Source: Eledone cirrhosa (taxonomy: Eukaryota). From it: 64,000 bases of DNA. Below, in pieces: positions 41,801-57,699 of this stretch (the stretch's first letter is position 1; the number at the start of each line of letters is the position of its first letter). The notes under the pieces were generated by a model. That model made no database searches and was not told where the DNA came from. It saw only the letters and a list, made by a program, of their open reading frames with translations. Made by a program: the position numbers and the translations under genes. The stretch lies in NCBI GenBank assembly GCA_964016885.1, contig OZ024744.1:116002001-116066000 (forward strand), given 5' to 3'.

Positions 41801-44800
41801 ATCTTGTCTCTCTCTCTCTATATATATATAATGTCTCTCATATCTTGTCTCTCTCTCTATATATATATAATGTCACTCATATCTTGTATCTATCTCTATG
41901 TATATATAATGTCTCTCATATCTTTTCTCTCTCTCTCTCTATATATAATGTCTCTCATATCTTGTCTCTCTCTCTATATATATAATGTCTCTCATATCTT
42001 GTCTCTCTCTCTATATATATATATAATGTCTCTCATATCTTGTCTCTCTCTCTCTATATATATAATGTCTCTCATATCTTGTCTCACTCTCTATATATAT
42101 ATAATGTCTCTCATATCTTGTCTCTCTCTCTATATATATATAATGTCACTCATATCTTGTGGCTCTCTCTCTATATATATAATGTCACTCATATCTTTTC
42201 GCTCTCTCTCTATATATATAATGTCTCTCATATCTTGTCTCTCTCTCTATATATATATAATGTCTCTCATATCTTGTCTCTCTCTCTATATATATATATA
42301 ATGTCTCACATATCTTGTCTCTCTCTCTCTATATATATAATGTCTCTCATATCTTCTCTCTCTCTCTCTCTATCTATATATAATGTCTCTCATATCTTGT
42401 CCCTCTCTCTATAAATATAATGTCTCTCATATCTTGTCTCTCTCTCTATATATAATGTCTCTCATATCTTGTCACTCTCTCTCTATTTATATAATGTCTA
42501 TCATATCTTGTCTCTCTCTCTCTATATATATATAATGTCTCTCATATCTTGTCTCTCTCTCTCTATATATATAATGTCTCTCATATCTTGTCTCTCTCTC
42601 TCTATATATACAATGTCTCTCATATCTTGTCTCTCTCTCTATATATACAATGTCTCTCATATCTTGTCTCTCTCTCTATATATATAATGTCTCTCATATC
42701 TTGTCTCTCTCTCGCTATATATATAATGTCTCTCATATCTTGTCTCTCTCTCTATATATATAATGTCTCTCATATCTTGTCTCTCTCTGTCTATATATAA
42801 TGTCTATCATATCTTGTCTCTCTCTCTCTATATATATAATGTCTCTCATATCTTGTCTCTCTCTCTATATGTATATAATGTCTCTCATATCTTGTCTCTC
42901 TCTCTATATATATAATGTCTCTCATATCTTGTCTCTCTCTCTATATATATAATGTCTCTCATATCTTGTCTCTCTCTATATATATAATGTCTCTCATATC
43001 TTCTCTCTCTCTATATATATATAATGTCTCTCATATCTTGTCTCTCTCTCTCTATATATTTTATGTCTCTCATATCTTGTCTCTCTGTCTCTCTCTATAT
43101 ATAATGTCTCTCATATCTTGCCTCTCTCTCTATATATATATATAATGTCTCTCATATCTTGTCTCTCTCTCTATATACAATGTCTTTCATATCTTGTCTC
43201 TCTCTCTATATATATATATAATGTCTCTCATATCTTGTCTCTCTCTCTATATATATATAATGTCTCTCATATCTTGTCTCTCTCTCTATATATATAATGT
43301 CTCTCATATCTTATCTCTCTCTCTATATATATATATATAATGTCTCTCATATCTTGTCTCTGTCTCTCTATATATATATAATGTCTCTCATATCTTGTCT
43401 CTCTCTCTATATATATGTAATGTCTCTCATATCTTGTCTCTCTCTCTATATATATAATGTCTCTCATATCTTGACTCTCTCTCTATATGTATATAATGTC
43501 TCTCATATCTTGTCTCTCTCTCTCTATATATATAATGTCTCTCATATCTTGTCTCTCTCTCTATATATATATAATGTCTCTCATATCTTGTCACTCTCTC
43601 TCTCTATATATAATGTCTCTCATATCTTATCTCTCTCTATATATATAATGTCTCTCATGTCTTGTCTCTCTCTCTCTCTATATATAATGTCTCTCATATC
43701 TTGTCTCTCACTCTCTATATATAATGTCTCTCATATCTTGTCCCTCTCTCTCTATATATATAATGTCTCTCATATCTTGTCTCTCTCCCTCTCTCTCTAT
43801 ATAATGTCTCTCATATCTTGTCTCTCTCTCTCTATATATATATAATGTCTCTCATATCTTGTCTCTCTCTCTATATATATAATGTCTCTCATATCTTGTC
43901 TCTCTCTCTATATACATATAATGTCTCTCATATCTTGTCTCTCTCTCTCTATATATAATGTCTCTCATATCTTGCCTCTCTCTCTCTATATATATATAAA
44001 ATGTCTCTCATATCTTGTCTCTCTCTCTATATATATATAATGTCTCTCATATCTTGCCCCTCTCTCTCTATAAATAATGTTTCTCATATCTTGTCCCTCT
44101 CTCTCTATATATATATAATGTCTCTCATATCTTGTCTCTCTCTCTATATATATAATGTCTCTCATATCTTGTCTCTCTCTCTATATATATATAATGTCTC
44201 TCATATCTTGTCTCTCTCTCTATATATATAATGTCTCTCATATCTTATCTCTCTCTCTCTATATATATAAAATGCCTCTCATATCTTGTCTCTCTCTCTC
44301 TATATATATATATAATGTCTCTCATATCTTGTCTCTCTCTCTATATATACAATGTCTCTCATATCTTGTCTCTCTCTCTATATATATATAATGTCTCTCA
44401 TATCTTGTCTCTCTCTCTCTCTATATATAATGTCTCTCATAGCTTGTCTCACTCTCTATATATATATAATGTCTCTCATATCTTGTCTCTCTCTCTCTAT
44501 ATATATATAATGTCTCTCATATCTTGTCTCTCTCTCTCTCTATATATAATGTCTCTCATATCTTGTCTCACTCTCTATATATATATAATGTCTCTCATAT
44601 CTTGTCTCTCTCTCTCTATATATATATAATGTCTCTCATATCTTGTCTCTCTCTCTATATATATATATAATGTCTCTCATATCTTGTCTCTCTCTCTATA
44701 TATATATTATGTCTCTCATATCTTGTCTCTCTCTCTCTATATATATATAATGTCTCTCATATCTTGTCTCTCTCTCTATATATACAATGTCTCTCATATC

Positions 44801-46324
44801 TTGTCTCTCTCTCTCTATATATATATAATGTCTCTCATATCTTGTCTCTCTCTATATATATAATGTCTCTCATATCTTGTCGCTCTCTCTCTCTATATAT
44901 AATGTCTCTCATATCTTGTCTCTCTCTATATATATATAATGTCTCTCATATCTTGTCTCTCTCTCTATATATACAATGTCTCTCATATCTTCTCTCTCTC
45001 TCTATATATATATAATGTCTCTCATATCTTGTCTCTCTCTCTATATATACAATGTCTCTCATATCTTGTCTCTTTCTCTATATATATATATAATGTCTCT
45101 CATATCTTGTCTCTCTCTCTATATATATATAATGTCTCTCATATCTTGTCTCTCTCTCTATATATATAATGTCTCTCATATCTTATCTCTCTCTCTATAT
45201 ATATATAAAGTCTCTCATATCTTGTCTCTCTCTCTATATATAATGTCTCTCATATCTTGTGTCTCTCTCTCTCTATATATATATAATGTCTCTCATATCT
45301 TGTCTCTCTCTCTATATATATAATGTCTCTCATATCTTGTCTCTCTCTCTCTCTATATATAATGTCTCTCATATCTTGTCTCTCTCTATATATATAATGT
45401 CTCTCATATCTTGTATCTCTCTCTATATATATAATGTCTCTCATATCTTGTCTCTCTCTCTATATATATAATGTCTCTCATATCTTGTCTTTCTCTATAT
45501 ATATAATGTCTCTCATATCTTGTCTCTCTCTCTATATATATAATGTCTCTCATATCTTGTCTCTCTCTCTATATATATATAATGTCTCTCATATCTTGTC
45601 TCTCTGTCTCTCTCTATATATAATGTCTCTCATATCTTGTCTCTCTCTCTATATATATATAAAGTCTCTCATATCTTGTCTCTCTCTCTATATACAATGT
45701 CTCTCATATCTTGTCTCTCTCTCTCTATATATATATAATGTCTCTCATATCTTGTCTCTCTCTCTATATATATAATGTCTCTCATATCTTGTCTCTCTCT
45801 CTATATATATAATGTCTCTCATATCTTATCTCTCTCTCTATATATATATATAATGTCTCTCATATCTTGTCTCTGTCTCTCTATATATATATAATGTCTC
45901 TCATATCTTGTCTCTCTCTCTCTATATATTTATGTAATGTCTCTCATATCTTGTCTCTCTCTCTATATATATAATGTCTCTCATATCTTGTCTCTCTCTC
46001 TATATGTATATAATGTCTCTCATATCTTGTCTCTCTCTCTCTATATATATAATGTCTCTCATATCTTGTCTCTCTCTCTATATATATATAATGTCTCTCA
46101 TATCTTGTCTCTCTCTCTCTATATATATAATGTCTCTCATATCTTTTCTCTCTCTCTATATATATATAATGTCTCTCATATATTGTCTCTCTCTATATAT
46201 ATATAATGTCTCTCATATCTTATCTCTCTCTCTATATATAAAATGCCTCTCATATCTTGTCTCTCTCTCTATATATATATATAATGTCTCTCATATCTTG
46301 TCTCTCTCTCTATATATATATAAT

Positions 46325-46410
46325 TGTTTCGACTTTTGGCACAAGGCCAGCAATTAACCAGTGCATTACTGGTACTTTATTTTATCGACCCCGTAAGGAT
46401 GAAAGGCAAA
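46325..46410 (-). mobile_element. 5'-truncated SINE fragment, copy 3
   Basis: Identical to copies 1 and 2; offset 7,570 bp from copy 2. Confidence 0.9.
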
Positions 46411-49400
46411 ATGTCACTCATATCTTGTATGTATCTCTATGTATATATAATGTCTCTCATATCTTTTCTCTCTCTCTCTATATATATAATGTCTCTCATA
46501 TCTTGTCTCTCTCTCTATATATATAATGTCTCTCATATCTTGTCTCTCTCTCTATATATATATATATAACGTCTCTCATATCTTGTCTCTCTCTCTATAT
46601 ATATAATGTCTCTCATATCTTGTCTCTCTCTCTCTCTATATATAATGTCTCTCATATCTTGTCTCACTCTCTATATATATATAATGTCTCTCATATCTTG
46701 TCTCTCTCTCTCTCTATATATATAATGTCACTCATATCTTGTCGCTCTCTCTCTATATATATAATGTCACACATATCTTGTCGCTCTTTCTCTATATATA
46801 TAATGTCTCTCATATCTTGTCTCTCTCTCTATATATATGTAATGTCTCTCATATCTTGTCTCTCTCTCTCTCTATATATATAATGTCTCTCATATCTTGT
46901 CTCTCTCTCTATATATATATAATGTCTCTCATATCTTGTCTCTCTCTCTATAAATATAATGTCTCTCATATCTTGTCTCTCTCTCTATATATATAATGTC
47001 TCTCATATCTTGTCACTCTCTCTCTATTTATATAATGTCTCTCATATCTTGTCTCTCCCTCTATATATATAATGTCTCTCTTATCTTGTCTCTCTCTCTC
47101 TATATATATAATGTCTCTCATATCTTGTCTCTCTCTCTATATAAACAATGTCTCTCATATCTTGTCTCTCTCTCTATATATATACAATGTCTCTCATATC
47201 TTGTCTCTCTCTCTATATATATATAATGTCACTCATATCTTGTATCTATCTCTATGTATATATAATGTCTCTCATATCTTTTCTCTCTCTCTCTCTATAT
47301 ATAATGTCTCTCATATCTTGTCTCTCTCTCTCTATATATATAATGTCTCTCATATCTTGCATCTCTCTCTCTATATATATATATATAATGTCTCTCATAT
47401 CTTGTCTCTCTCTCTATATATATATATAATGTCTCTCATATCTTGTCTCTCTCTCTCTATATATATAATGTCTCTCATATCTTGTCTCTCTCTCTCTATA
47501 TATATAATGTCTCTCATATCTTGTCTCTCTCTCTCTATATATATAATGTCTCTCATATCTTGTCTCTCTCTCTCTATATATATATAATGTCTCTCATATC
47601 TTGTCTCTCTCTCTATATATATATAATGTCTCTCATATCTTGTCTCTCTCTCTCTCTATCTATATATAATGTCTCTCATATCTTGTCTCTCTCTCTATAA
47701 ATATAATGTCTCTCATATCTTGTCCCTCTCTATATATATAATGTCTCTCATATCTTGTCACTCTCTCTCTATTTATATAATGTCTCTCATATCTTGTCTC
47801 TCTCTCTATATATATAATGTCTCTCATATCTTGTCTCTCTCTCTATATATATATAATGTCTCTCATATCTTGTCTCTCTCTCTATATATACAATGTCTCT
47901 CATATCTTGTCTCTCTCTCTATATATACAATGTCTCTCATATCTTGTCTCTCTCTCTATATATATAATGTCTCTCATATCTTGTCTCTCTCTCTCTATAT
48001 ATATAATGTCTCTCATATCTTGTCTCTCTCTCTATAAATATAATGTCTCTCATATCTTGTCTCTCTCTCTCTATATATAATCTCTATCATATCTTGTCTC
48101 TCTCTCTCTCTATATATAATGTCTCTCATATCTTGTCTCTCTCTCTCTATATATATAATGTCTCTCATATCTTGCCTCTCTCTCTATATATATAATGTCT
48201 CTCATATCTTATCTCTCTCTCTATATATATATAATGTCTCTCATATCTTGTCTCTCTCTATATATATATAATGTCTCTCATATCTTGTCTCTCTCTCTCT
48301 ATATATATAATGTCTCTCATATCTTGTCTCTCTCTATATATATAATGTCTCTCATATCTTGTCACTCTCTCTCTATATATATAATGCCTCTCATATCTTG
48401 TCTCTCTCTCTCTATATATATATAATGTCTCTCATATCTTGTCTCTCTCTCTATATATATATAATGTCACTCATATCTTGTATCTATCTCTATGTATATA
48501 TAATGTCTCTCATATCTTTTCTTTCTCTCTCTCTATATATAATGTCTCTCATATCTTGTCTCTCTCTCTATATATATAATGTCTTTCATATCTTGTCTCT
48601 CTCTCTATATATATATATAATGTCTCTCATATCTTGTCTCTCTCTCTCTATATATATAATGTCTCTCATATCTTGTCTCACTCTCTATATATATATAATG
48701 TCTCTCATATCTTGTCTCTCTCTCTCTCTATATATATAATGTCACTCATATCTTGTCGCTCTCTCTCTATATATATAATGTCACTCATATCTTGTCGCAC
48801 TCTCTCTATATATATAATGTCTCTCATATCTTGTCTCTCTCTCTCTATATATAATGTCTCTCATATCTTGTCTCTCTCCATATATATAATGTCTCTCATA
48901 TCTTGTCACTCTCTCTCTATTTATATAATGTCTCTCATATCTTGTCTCTCCCTCTATATATATAATGTCTCTCTTATCTTGTCTCTCTCTCTCTATATAT
49001 ATAATGTCTCTCATATCTTGTCTCTCTCTCTATATAAACAATGTCTCTCATATCTTGTCTCTCTCTCTATATATATACAATGTCTCTCATATCTTGTCTC
49101 TCTCTCTATATATATATAATGTCACTCATATCTTGTATCTATCTCTATGTATATATAATGTCTCTCATATCTTTTCTCTCTCTCTCTCTATATATAATGT
49201 CTCTCATATCTTGTCTCTCTTACTCTATATATATAATGTCTCTCATATCTTTATCTCTCTCTCTATATATATATATATAATGTCTCTCATATCTTGTCTC
49301 TCTCTCTCTATATATATATAATGTCTCTCATATCTTGTCTCTCTCTCTCTATATATATAATGTCTCTCATATCTTGTCTCTCTCTCTCTATATATATAAT

Positions 49401-52400
49401 GTCTCTCATATCTTGTCTCTCTCTCTCTATATATATAATGTCTCTCATATCTTGTCTCTCTCTCTCTATATATATAATGACTCTCATATCTTGTCTCTCT
49501 CTCTATATATATACAATGTCTCTCATATCTTGTCTCTCTCTCTATATATATAATGTCTCTCATATCTTGTCTCTCTCTCTCTATATATATAATGTCTCTC
49601 ATATCTTGTCTCTCTCTCTATATATATAATGTCTCTCATATCTTGTCTCTCTCTCTCTATATATAATCTCTATCATATCTTGTCTCTCTCTCTCTATATA
49701 TATAATGTCTCTCATATCTTGTCTCTCTCTCTATATATATATAATGTCTCTCATATCTTGTCTCTCTCTCTATATATATAATGTCTCTCATATCTTATCT
49801 CTCTCTCTATATATATATAATGTCTCTCATATCTTGTCTCTCTCTATATATATATAACGTCTCTCATATCTTGTCTCTCTCTCTCTATATATATAATGTC
49901 TCTCATATCTTGTCTCTCTCTATATATATAATGTCTCTCATATCTTGTCACTCTCTCTCTATATATATAATGCCTCTCATATCTTGTCTCTCTCTCTATA
50001 TATATATATAATGTCTCTCATATCTTGTCTCTCTCTCTATATATATATATAATGTCACTCATATCTTGTATCTATCTCTATGTATATATAATGTCTCTCA
50101 TATCTTTTCTCTCTCTCTCTATATATATAATGTCTCTCATATCTTGTCTCTCTCTCTATATATATAATGTCTCTCATATCTTGTCTCTCTCTCTATATAT
50201 ATATATAATGTCTCTCATATCTTGTCTCTCTCTCTCTATATATATAATGTCTCTCATATCTTGTCTCACTCTCTATATATATATAATGTCTCTCATATCT
50301 TGTCTCTCTCTCTCTATATATATAATGTCACTCATATCTTGTCGCTCTCTCTCTATATATATAATGTCACTCATATCTTGTCGCTCTCTCTCTATATATA
50401 TAATGTCTCTCATATCTTGTCTCTCTCTCTATATATATAATGTCTCTCATATCTTGTCTCTCTCTATATATATAATGTCTCTGATATCTTGTCACTCTCT
50501 CTCTATTTATATAATGTCTCTCATATCTTGTCTCTCCCTCTATATATATAATGTCTCTCTTATCTTGTCTCTCTCTCTCTATATATATAATGTCTCTCAT
50601 ATCTTGTCTCTCTCTCTATATAAACAATGTCTCTCATATCTTGTCTCTCTCTCTATATATATACAATGTCTCTCATAACTTGTCTCTCTCTCTATATATA
50701 TATAATGTCACTCATATCTTGTATCTATCTCTATGTATATATAATGTCTCTCATATCTTTTCTCTCTCTCTCTCTATATATAATGTCTCTCATATCTTGT
50801 CTCTCTCACTCTATATATATAATGTCTCTCATATCTTTATCTCTCTCTCTATATATATATATATAATGTCTCTCATATCTTGTCTCTCTCTCTCAATATA
50901 TATATAATGTCTCTCATATCTTGTCTCTCTCTCTCTATATATATAATGTCTCTCATATCTTGTCTCTCTCTCTATATATATATAATGTCTCTCATATCTT
51001 GTCTCTCTCTCTAAATATATATAATGTCACTCATATCTTGTATCTATCTCTATGTATATATAATGTCTCTCATATCTTTTCTCTCTCTCTCTCTATATAC
51101 AATGTCTCTCATATCTTGTCTCTCTCTCTATATATATAATGTCTCTCATATCTTGTCTCTCTCTCTCTATATATATATAATGTCTCTCATATCTTGTCTC
51201 TCTCTCTCTATATATATAATGTCTCTCATATCTTGTCTCACTCTCTGTATATATATAATGTCTCTCATATCTTGTCTCTCTCTCTCTCTATATATAATGT
51301 CACTCATATCTTGTCGCTCTCTCTCTATATATATAATGTCACTCATATCTTGTCGCTCTCTCTCTATATATATAATGTCTCTCATATCTTGTCTCTCTCT
51401 CTATATATATATAATGTCTCTCATATCTTGTCTCTCTCTCTCTCTATATATATAATGTCTCTCATATCTTGTCTCTCTCTCTCTATATATATATAATGTC
51501 TCTCATATCTTGTCTCTCTCTCTCTTTATCTATATATAATGTCTCTCATATCTTGTCTCTCTCTCTATAAATATAATGTCTCTCATATCTTGTCTCTCTC
51601 TATATATATAATGTCTCTCATATCTTGTCACTCTCTCTCTATTTATATAATGTCTCTCATATCTTGTCTCTCTCTCTATATATATAATGTCTCTCATATC
51701 TTGTCTCTCTCTCTATATATATATAATGTCTCTCATATCTTGTCTCTCTCTCTATATACAATGTCTCTCATATCTTGTCTCTCTCTCTATATATACAATG
51801 TCTCTCATATCTTGTCTCTCTCTCTATATATATAATGTCTCTCATATCTTGTCTCTCTCTCTCTATATATATAATGTCTCTCATATCTTGTCTCTCTCTC
51901 TATATATATAATGTCTCTCATATCTTGTCTCTCTCTCTCTATATATAATCTCTATCATATCTTGTCTCTCTCTCTATATATATATAATGTCTCTCATATC
52001 TTGTCTCTCTCTCTATATATATATAATGTCTCTCATATCTTGTCTCTCTCTCTATATATATAATGTCTCTCATATCTTATCTCTCTCTCTATATATATAT
52101 AATGTCTCTCATATCTTGTCTCTCTCTATATATATATAATGTCTCTCATATCTTGTCTCTCTCTCTCTATATATATAATGTCTCTCATATCTTGTCTCTC
52201 TCTATATATATAATGTCTCTCATATCTTGTCACTCTCTCTCTATATATATAATGCCTCTCATATCTTGTCTCTCTCTCTCTATATATATAATGTCTCTCA
52301 TATCTTGTCCCTCTCTCTATATATATATAATGTCACTCATATCTTGTATCTATCTCTATGTATATATAATGTCTCTCATATCTTTTCTCTCTCTCTCTCT

Positions 52401-55400
52401 ATATATAATGTCTCTCATATCTTGTCTCTCTCTCTATATATATAATGTCTCTCATATCTTGTCTCTCTCTCTATATATATATATAATGTCTCTCATATCT
52501 TGTCTCTCTCTCTCTATATATATAATGTCTCTCATATCTTGTCTCACTCTCTATATATATATAATGTCTCTCATATCTTGTCTCTCTCTCTATATATATA
52601 TAATGTCACTCATATCTTTTGGCTCTCTCTCTATATATATAATGTCACTCATATCTTTTCGCTCTCTCTCTATATATATAATGTCTCTCATATCTTGTCT
52701 CTCTCTCTATATATATATAATGTCTCTCATATCTTGTCTCTCTCTCTATATATATATATAATGTCTCACATATCTTGTCTCTCTCTCTCTATATATATAA
52801 TGTCTCTCATATCTTCTCTCTCTCTCTCTATATCTATATATAATGTCTCTCATATCTTGTCCCTCTCTCTATAAATATAATGTCTCTCATATCTTGTCTC
52901 TCTCTCTATATATAATGTCTCTCATATCTTGTCACTCTCTCTCTATTTATATAATGTCTATCATATCTTGTCTCTCTCTCTCTATATATATATAATGTCT
53001 CTCATATCTTGTCTCTCTCTCTCTATATATATAATGTCTCTCATATCTTGTCTCTCTCTCTCTATATATACAATGTCTCTCATATCTTGTCTCTCTCTCT
53101 ATATATACAATGTCTCTCATATCTTGTCTCTCTCTCTATATATATAATGTCTCTCATATCTTGTCTCTCTCTCTCTATATATATAATGTCTCTCATATCT
53201 TGTCTCTCTCTCTATATATATAATGTCTCTCATATCTTGTCTCTCTCTGTCTATATATAATGTCTATCATATCTTGTCTCTCTCTCTCTATATATATAAT
53301 GTCTCTCATATCTTGTCTCTCTCTCTATATGTATATAATGTCTCTCATATCTTGTCTCTCTCTCTATATATATAATGTCTCTCATATCTTGTCTCTCTCT
53401 CTATATATATAATGTCTCTCATATCTTGTCTCTCTCTATATATATAATGTCTCTCATATCTTCTCTCTCTCTATATATATATAATGTCTCTCATATCTTG
53501 TCTCTCTCTCTCTATATATTTTATGTCTCTCATATCTTGTCTCTCTGTCTCTCTCTATATATAATGTCTCTCATATCTTGCCTCTCTCTCTATATATATA
53601 TATAATGTCTCTCATATCTTGTCTCTCTCTCTATATACAATGTCTTTCATATCTTGTCTCTCTCTCTATATATATATATAATGTCTCTCATATCTTGTCT
53701 CTCTCTCTATATATATATAATGTCTCTCATATCTTGTCTCTCTCTCTATATATATAATGTCTCTCATATCTTATCTCTCTCTCTATATATATATATATAA
53801 TGTCTCTCATATCTTGTCTCTGTCTCTCTATATATATATAATGTCTCTCATATCTTGTCTCTCTCTCTATATATATGTAATGTCTCTCATATCTTGTCTC
53901 TCTCTCTATATATATAATGTCTCTCATATCTTGACTCTCTCTCTATATGTATATAATGTCTCTCATATCTTGTCTCTCTCTCTCTATATATATAATGTCT
54001 CTCATATCTTGTCTCTCTCTCTATATATATATAATGTCTCTCATATCTTGTCACTCTCTCTCTCTATATATAATGTCTCTCATATCTTATCTCTCTCTCT
54101 ATATATATAATGTCTCTCATGTCTTGTCTCTCTCTCTCTATATATATAATGTCTCTCATATCTTGTCTCTCACTCTCTATATATAATGTCTCTCATATCT
54201 TGTCCCTCTCTCTCTATATATATAATGTCTCTCATATCTTGTCTCTCTCCCTCTCTCTCTATATAATGTCTCTCATATCTTGTCTCTCTCTCTCTATATA
54301 TATATAATGTCTCTCATATCTTGTCTCTCTCTCTATATATATAATGTCTCTCATATCTTGTCTCTCTCTCTATATACATATAATGTCTCTCATATCTTGT
54401 CTCTCTCTCTCTATATATAATGTTTCTCATATCTTGTCCCTCTCTCTCTCTATATATATAATGTCTCTCATATCTTGTCTCTCTCTATATATATATAATG
54501 TCTCTCATATCTTGTCTCTCTCTCTATATATATATAATGTCTCTCATATCTTGTCTCTCTCTCTATATATATAATGTCTCTCATATCTTATCTCTCTCTC
54601 TCTATATATATAAAATGCCTCTCATATCTTGTCTCTCTCTCTCTATATATATATATAATGTCTCTCATATCTTGTCTCTCTCTATATATATACAATGTCT
54701 CTCATATCTTGTCTCTCTCTCTATATATATATAATGTCTCTCATATCTTGTCTCTCTCTCTCTCTATATATAATGTCTCTCATAGCTTGTCTCACTCTCT
54801 ATATATATATAATGTCTCTCATATCTTGTCTCTCTCTCTCTATATATATATAATGTCTCTCATATCTTGTCTCTCTCTCTCTCTATATATAATGTCTCTC
54901 ATATCTTGTCTCACTCTCTATATATATATAATGTCTCTCATATCTTGTCTCTCTCTCTCTATATATATATAATGTCTCTCATATCTTGTCTCTCTCTCTA
55001 TATATATATATAATGTCTCTCATATCTTGCCTCTCTCTCTCTATATATATATAAAATGTCTCTCATATCTTGTCTCTCTCTCTCTATATATATAATGTCT
55101 CTCATATCTTGCCCCTCTCTCTCTATAAATAATGTTTCTCATATCTTGTCCCTCTCTCTCTATATATATATAATGTCTCTCATATCTTGTCTCTCTCTAT
55201 ATATATATAATGTCTCTCATATCTTGTCTCTCTCTCTATATATATATAATGTCTCTCATATCTTGTCTCTCTCTCTATATATATAATGTCTCTCATATCT
55301 TATCTCTCTCTCTCTATATATATAAAATGCCTCTCATATCTTGTCTCTCTCTCTCTATATATATATATAATGTCTCTCATATCTTGTCTCTCTCTCTATA

Positions 55401-57699
55401 TATACAATGTCTCTCATATCTTGTCTCTCTCTCTATATATATATAATGTCTCTCATATCTTGTCTCTCTCTCTCTCTATATATAATGTCTCTCATAGCTT
55501 GTCTCACTCTCTATATATATATAATGTCTCTCATATCTTGTCTCTCTCTCTCTATATATATATAATGTCTCTCATATCTTGTCTCTCTCTCTCTCTATAT
55601 ATAATGTCTCTCATATCTTGTCTCACTCTCTATATATATATAATGTCTCTCATATCTTGTCTCTCTCTCTCTATATATATATAATGTCTCTCATATCTTG
55701 TCTCTCTCTCTATATATATATATAATGTCTCTCATATCTTGTCTCTCTCTCTATATATATATTATGTCTCTCATATCTTGTCTCTCTCTCTCTATATATA
55801 TATAATGTCTCTCATATCTTGTCTCTCTCTCTATATATACAATGTCTCTCATATCTTGTCTCTCTCTCTATATATATATAATGTCTCTCATATCTTGTCT
55901 CTCTCTATATATATAATGTCTCTCATATCTTGTCGCTCTCTCTCTCTATATATAATGTCTCTCATATCTTGTCTCTCTCTATATATATATAATGTCTCTC
56001 ATATCTTGTCTCTCTCTCTATATATACAATGTCTCTCATATCTTCTCTCTCTCTCTATATATATATAATGTCTCTCATATCTTGTCTCTCTCTCTATATA
56101 TACAATGTCTCTCATATCTTGTCTCTTTCTCTATATATATATATAATGTCTCTCATATCTTGTCTCTCTCTCTATATATATATAATGTCTCTCATATCTT
56201 GTCTCTCTCTCTATATATATAATGTCTCTCATATCTTATCTCTTTCTCTATATATATATAAAGTCTCTCATATCTTGTCTCTCTCTCTATATATAATGTC
56301 TCTCATATCTTGTGTCTCTCTCTCTCTATATATATATAATGTCTCTCATATCTTGTCTCTCTCTCTATATATATAATGTCTCTCATATCTTGTCTCTCTC
56401 TCTCTCTATATATAATGTCTCTCATATCTTGTCTCTCTCTATATATATAATGTCTCTCATATCTTGTATCTCTCTCTATATATATAATGTCTCTCATATC
56501 TTGTCTCTCTCTCTATATATATAATGTCTCTCATATCTTGTCTTTCTCTATATATATAATGTCTCTCATATCTTGTCTCTCTCTCTATATATATAATGTC
56601 TCTCATATCTTGTCTCTCTCTCTATATATATATAATGTCTCTCATATCTTGTCTCTCTGTCTCTCTCTATATATAATGTCTCTCATATCTTGTCTCTCTC
56701 TCTATATATATATAAAGTCTCTCATATCTTGTCTCTCTCTCTATATACAATGTCTCTCATATCTTGTCTCTCTCTCTCTATATATATATAATGTCTCTCA
56801 TATCTTGTCTCTCTCTCTATATATATAATGTCTCTCATATCTTGTCTCTCTCTCTATATATATAATGTCTCTCATATCTTATCTCTCTCTCTATATATAT
56901 ATATAATGTCTCTCATATCTTGTCTCTGTCTCTCTATATATATATAATGTCTCTCATATCTTGTCTCTCTCTCTCTATATATTTATGTAATGTCTCTCAT
57001 ATCTTGTCTCTCTCTCTATATATATAATGTCTCTCATATCTTGTCTCTCTCTCTATATGTATATAATGTCTCTCATATCTTGTCTCTCTCTCTCTATATA
57101 TATAATGTCTCTCATATCTTGTCTCTCTCTCTATATATATATAATGTCTCTCATATCTTGTCTCTCTCTCTCTATATATATAATGTCTCTCATATCTTAT
57201 CTCTCTCTCTATATATATAATGTCTCTCATATCTTGTCTCTCTCTCTCTATATATATATAATGTCTCTCATATCTTGTCTCTCTCTCTATATGTATATAA
57301 TGTCTCTCATATCTTGTCCCTCTCTCTCTATATATATAATGTCTCTCATATCTTGTCTCACTCCCTCTCTCTCTATATAATGTCTCTCATATCTTGTCTC
57401 TCTCTCTCTCTATATATATAATGTCTCTCATATCTTGTCTCTCTCTCTCTCTATATTTATGTAATGTCTCTCATATCTTGTCTCTCTCTCTATATATATA
57501 ATGTCTCTCATATCTTGTCTCTCTCTCTATATGTATATAATGTCTCTCATATCTTGTCTCTCTCTCTCTATATATATAATGTCTCTCATATCTTGTCTCT
57601 CTCTCTATATATATATAATGTCTCTCATATCTTGTCTCTCTCTCTCTCTATATATATAATGTCTCTCATATCTTATCTCTCTCTCTATATATATAATGT

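Larger units (their letters stand above)
28060..57170. repeat. Three-copy segmental tandem duplication: unit A ~28.06-38.56 kb, unit B ~38.56-46.13 kb, unit C ~46.13-57.17 kb (boundaries approximate)
   Basis: Variant monomers and ORF-track translations recur in order at near-constant offsets: 28183/38687/46257, 30120/40586/48195, 34468/42040/52500, 37864/45434/56487. Confidence 0.88.
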
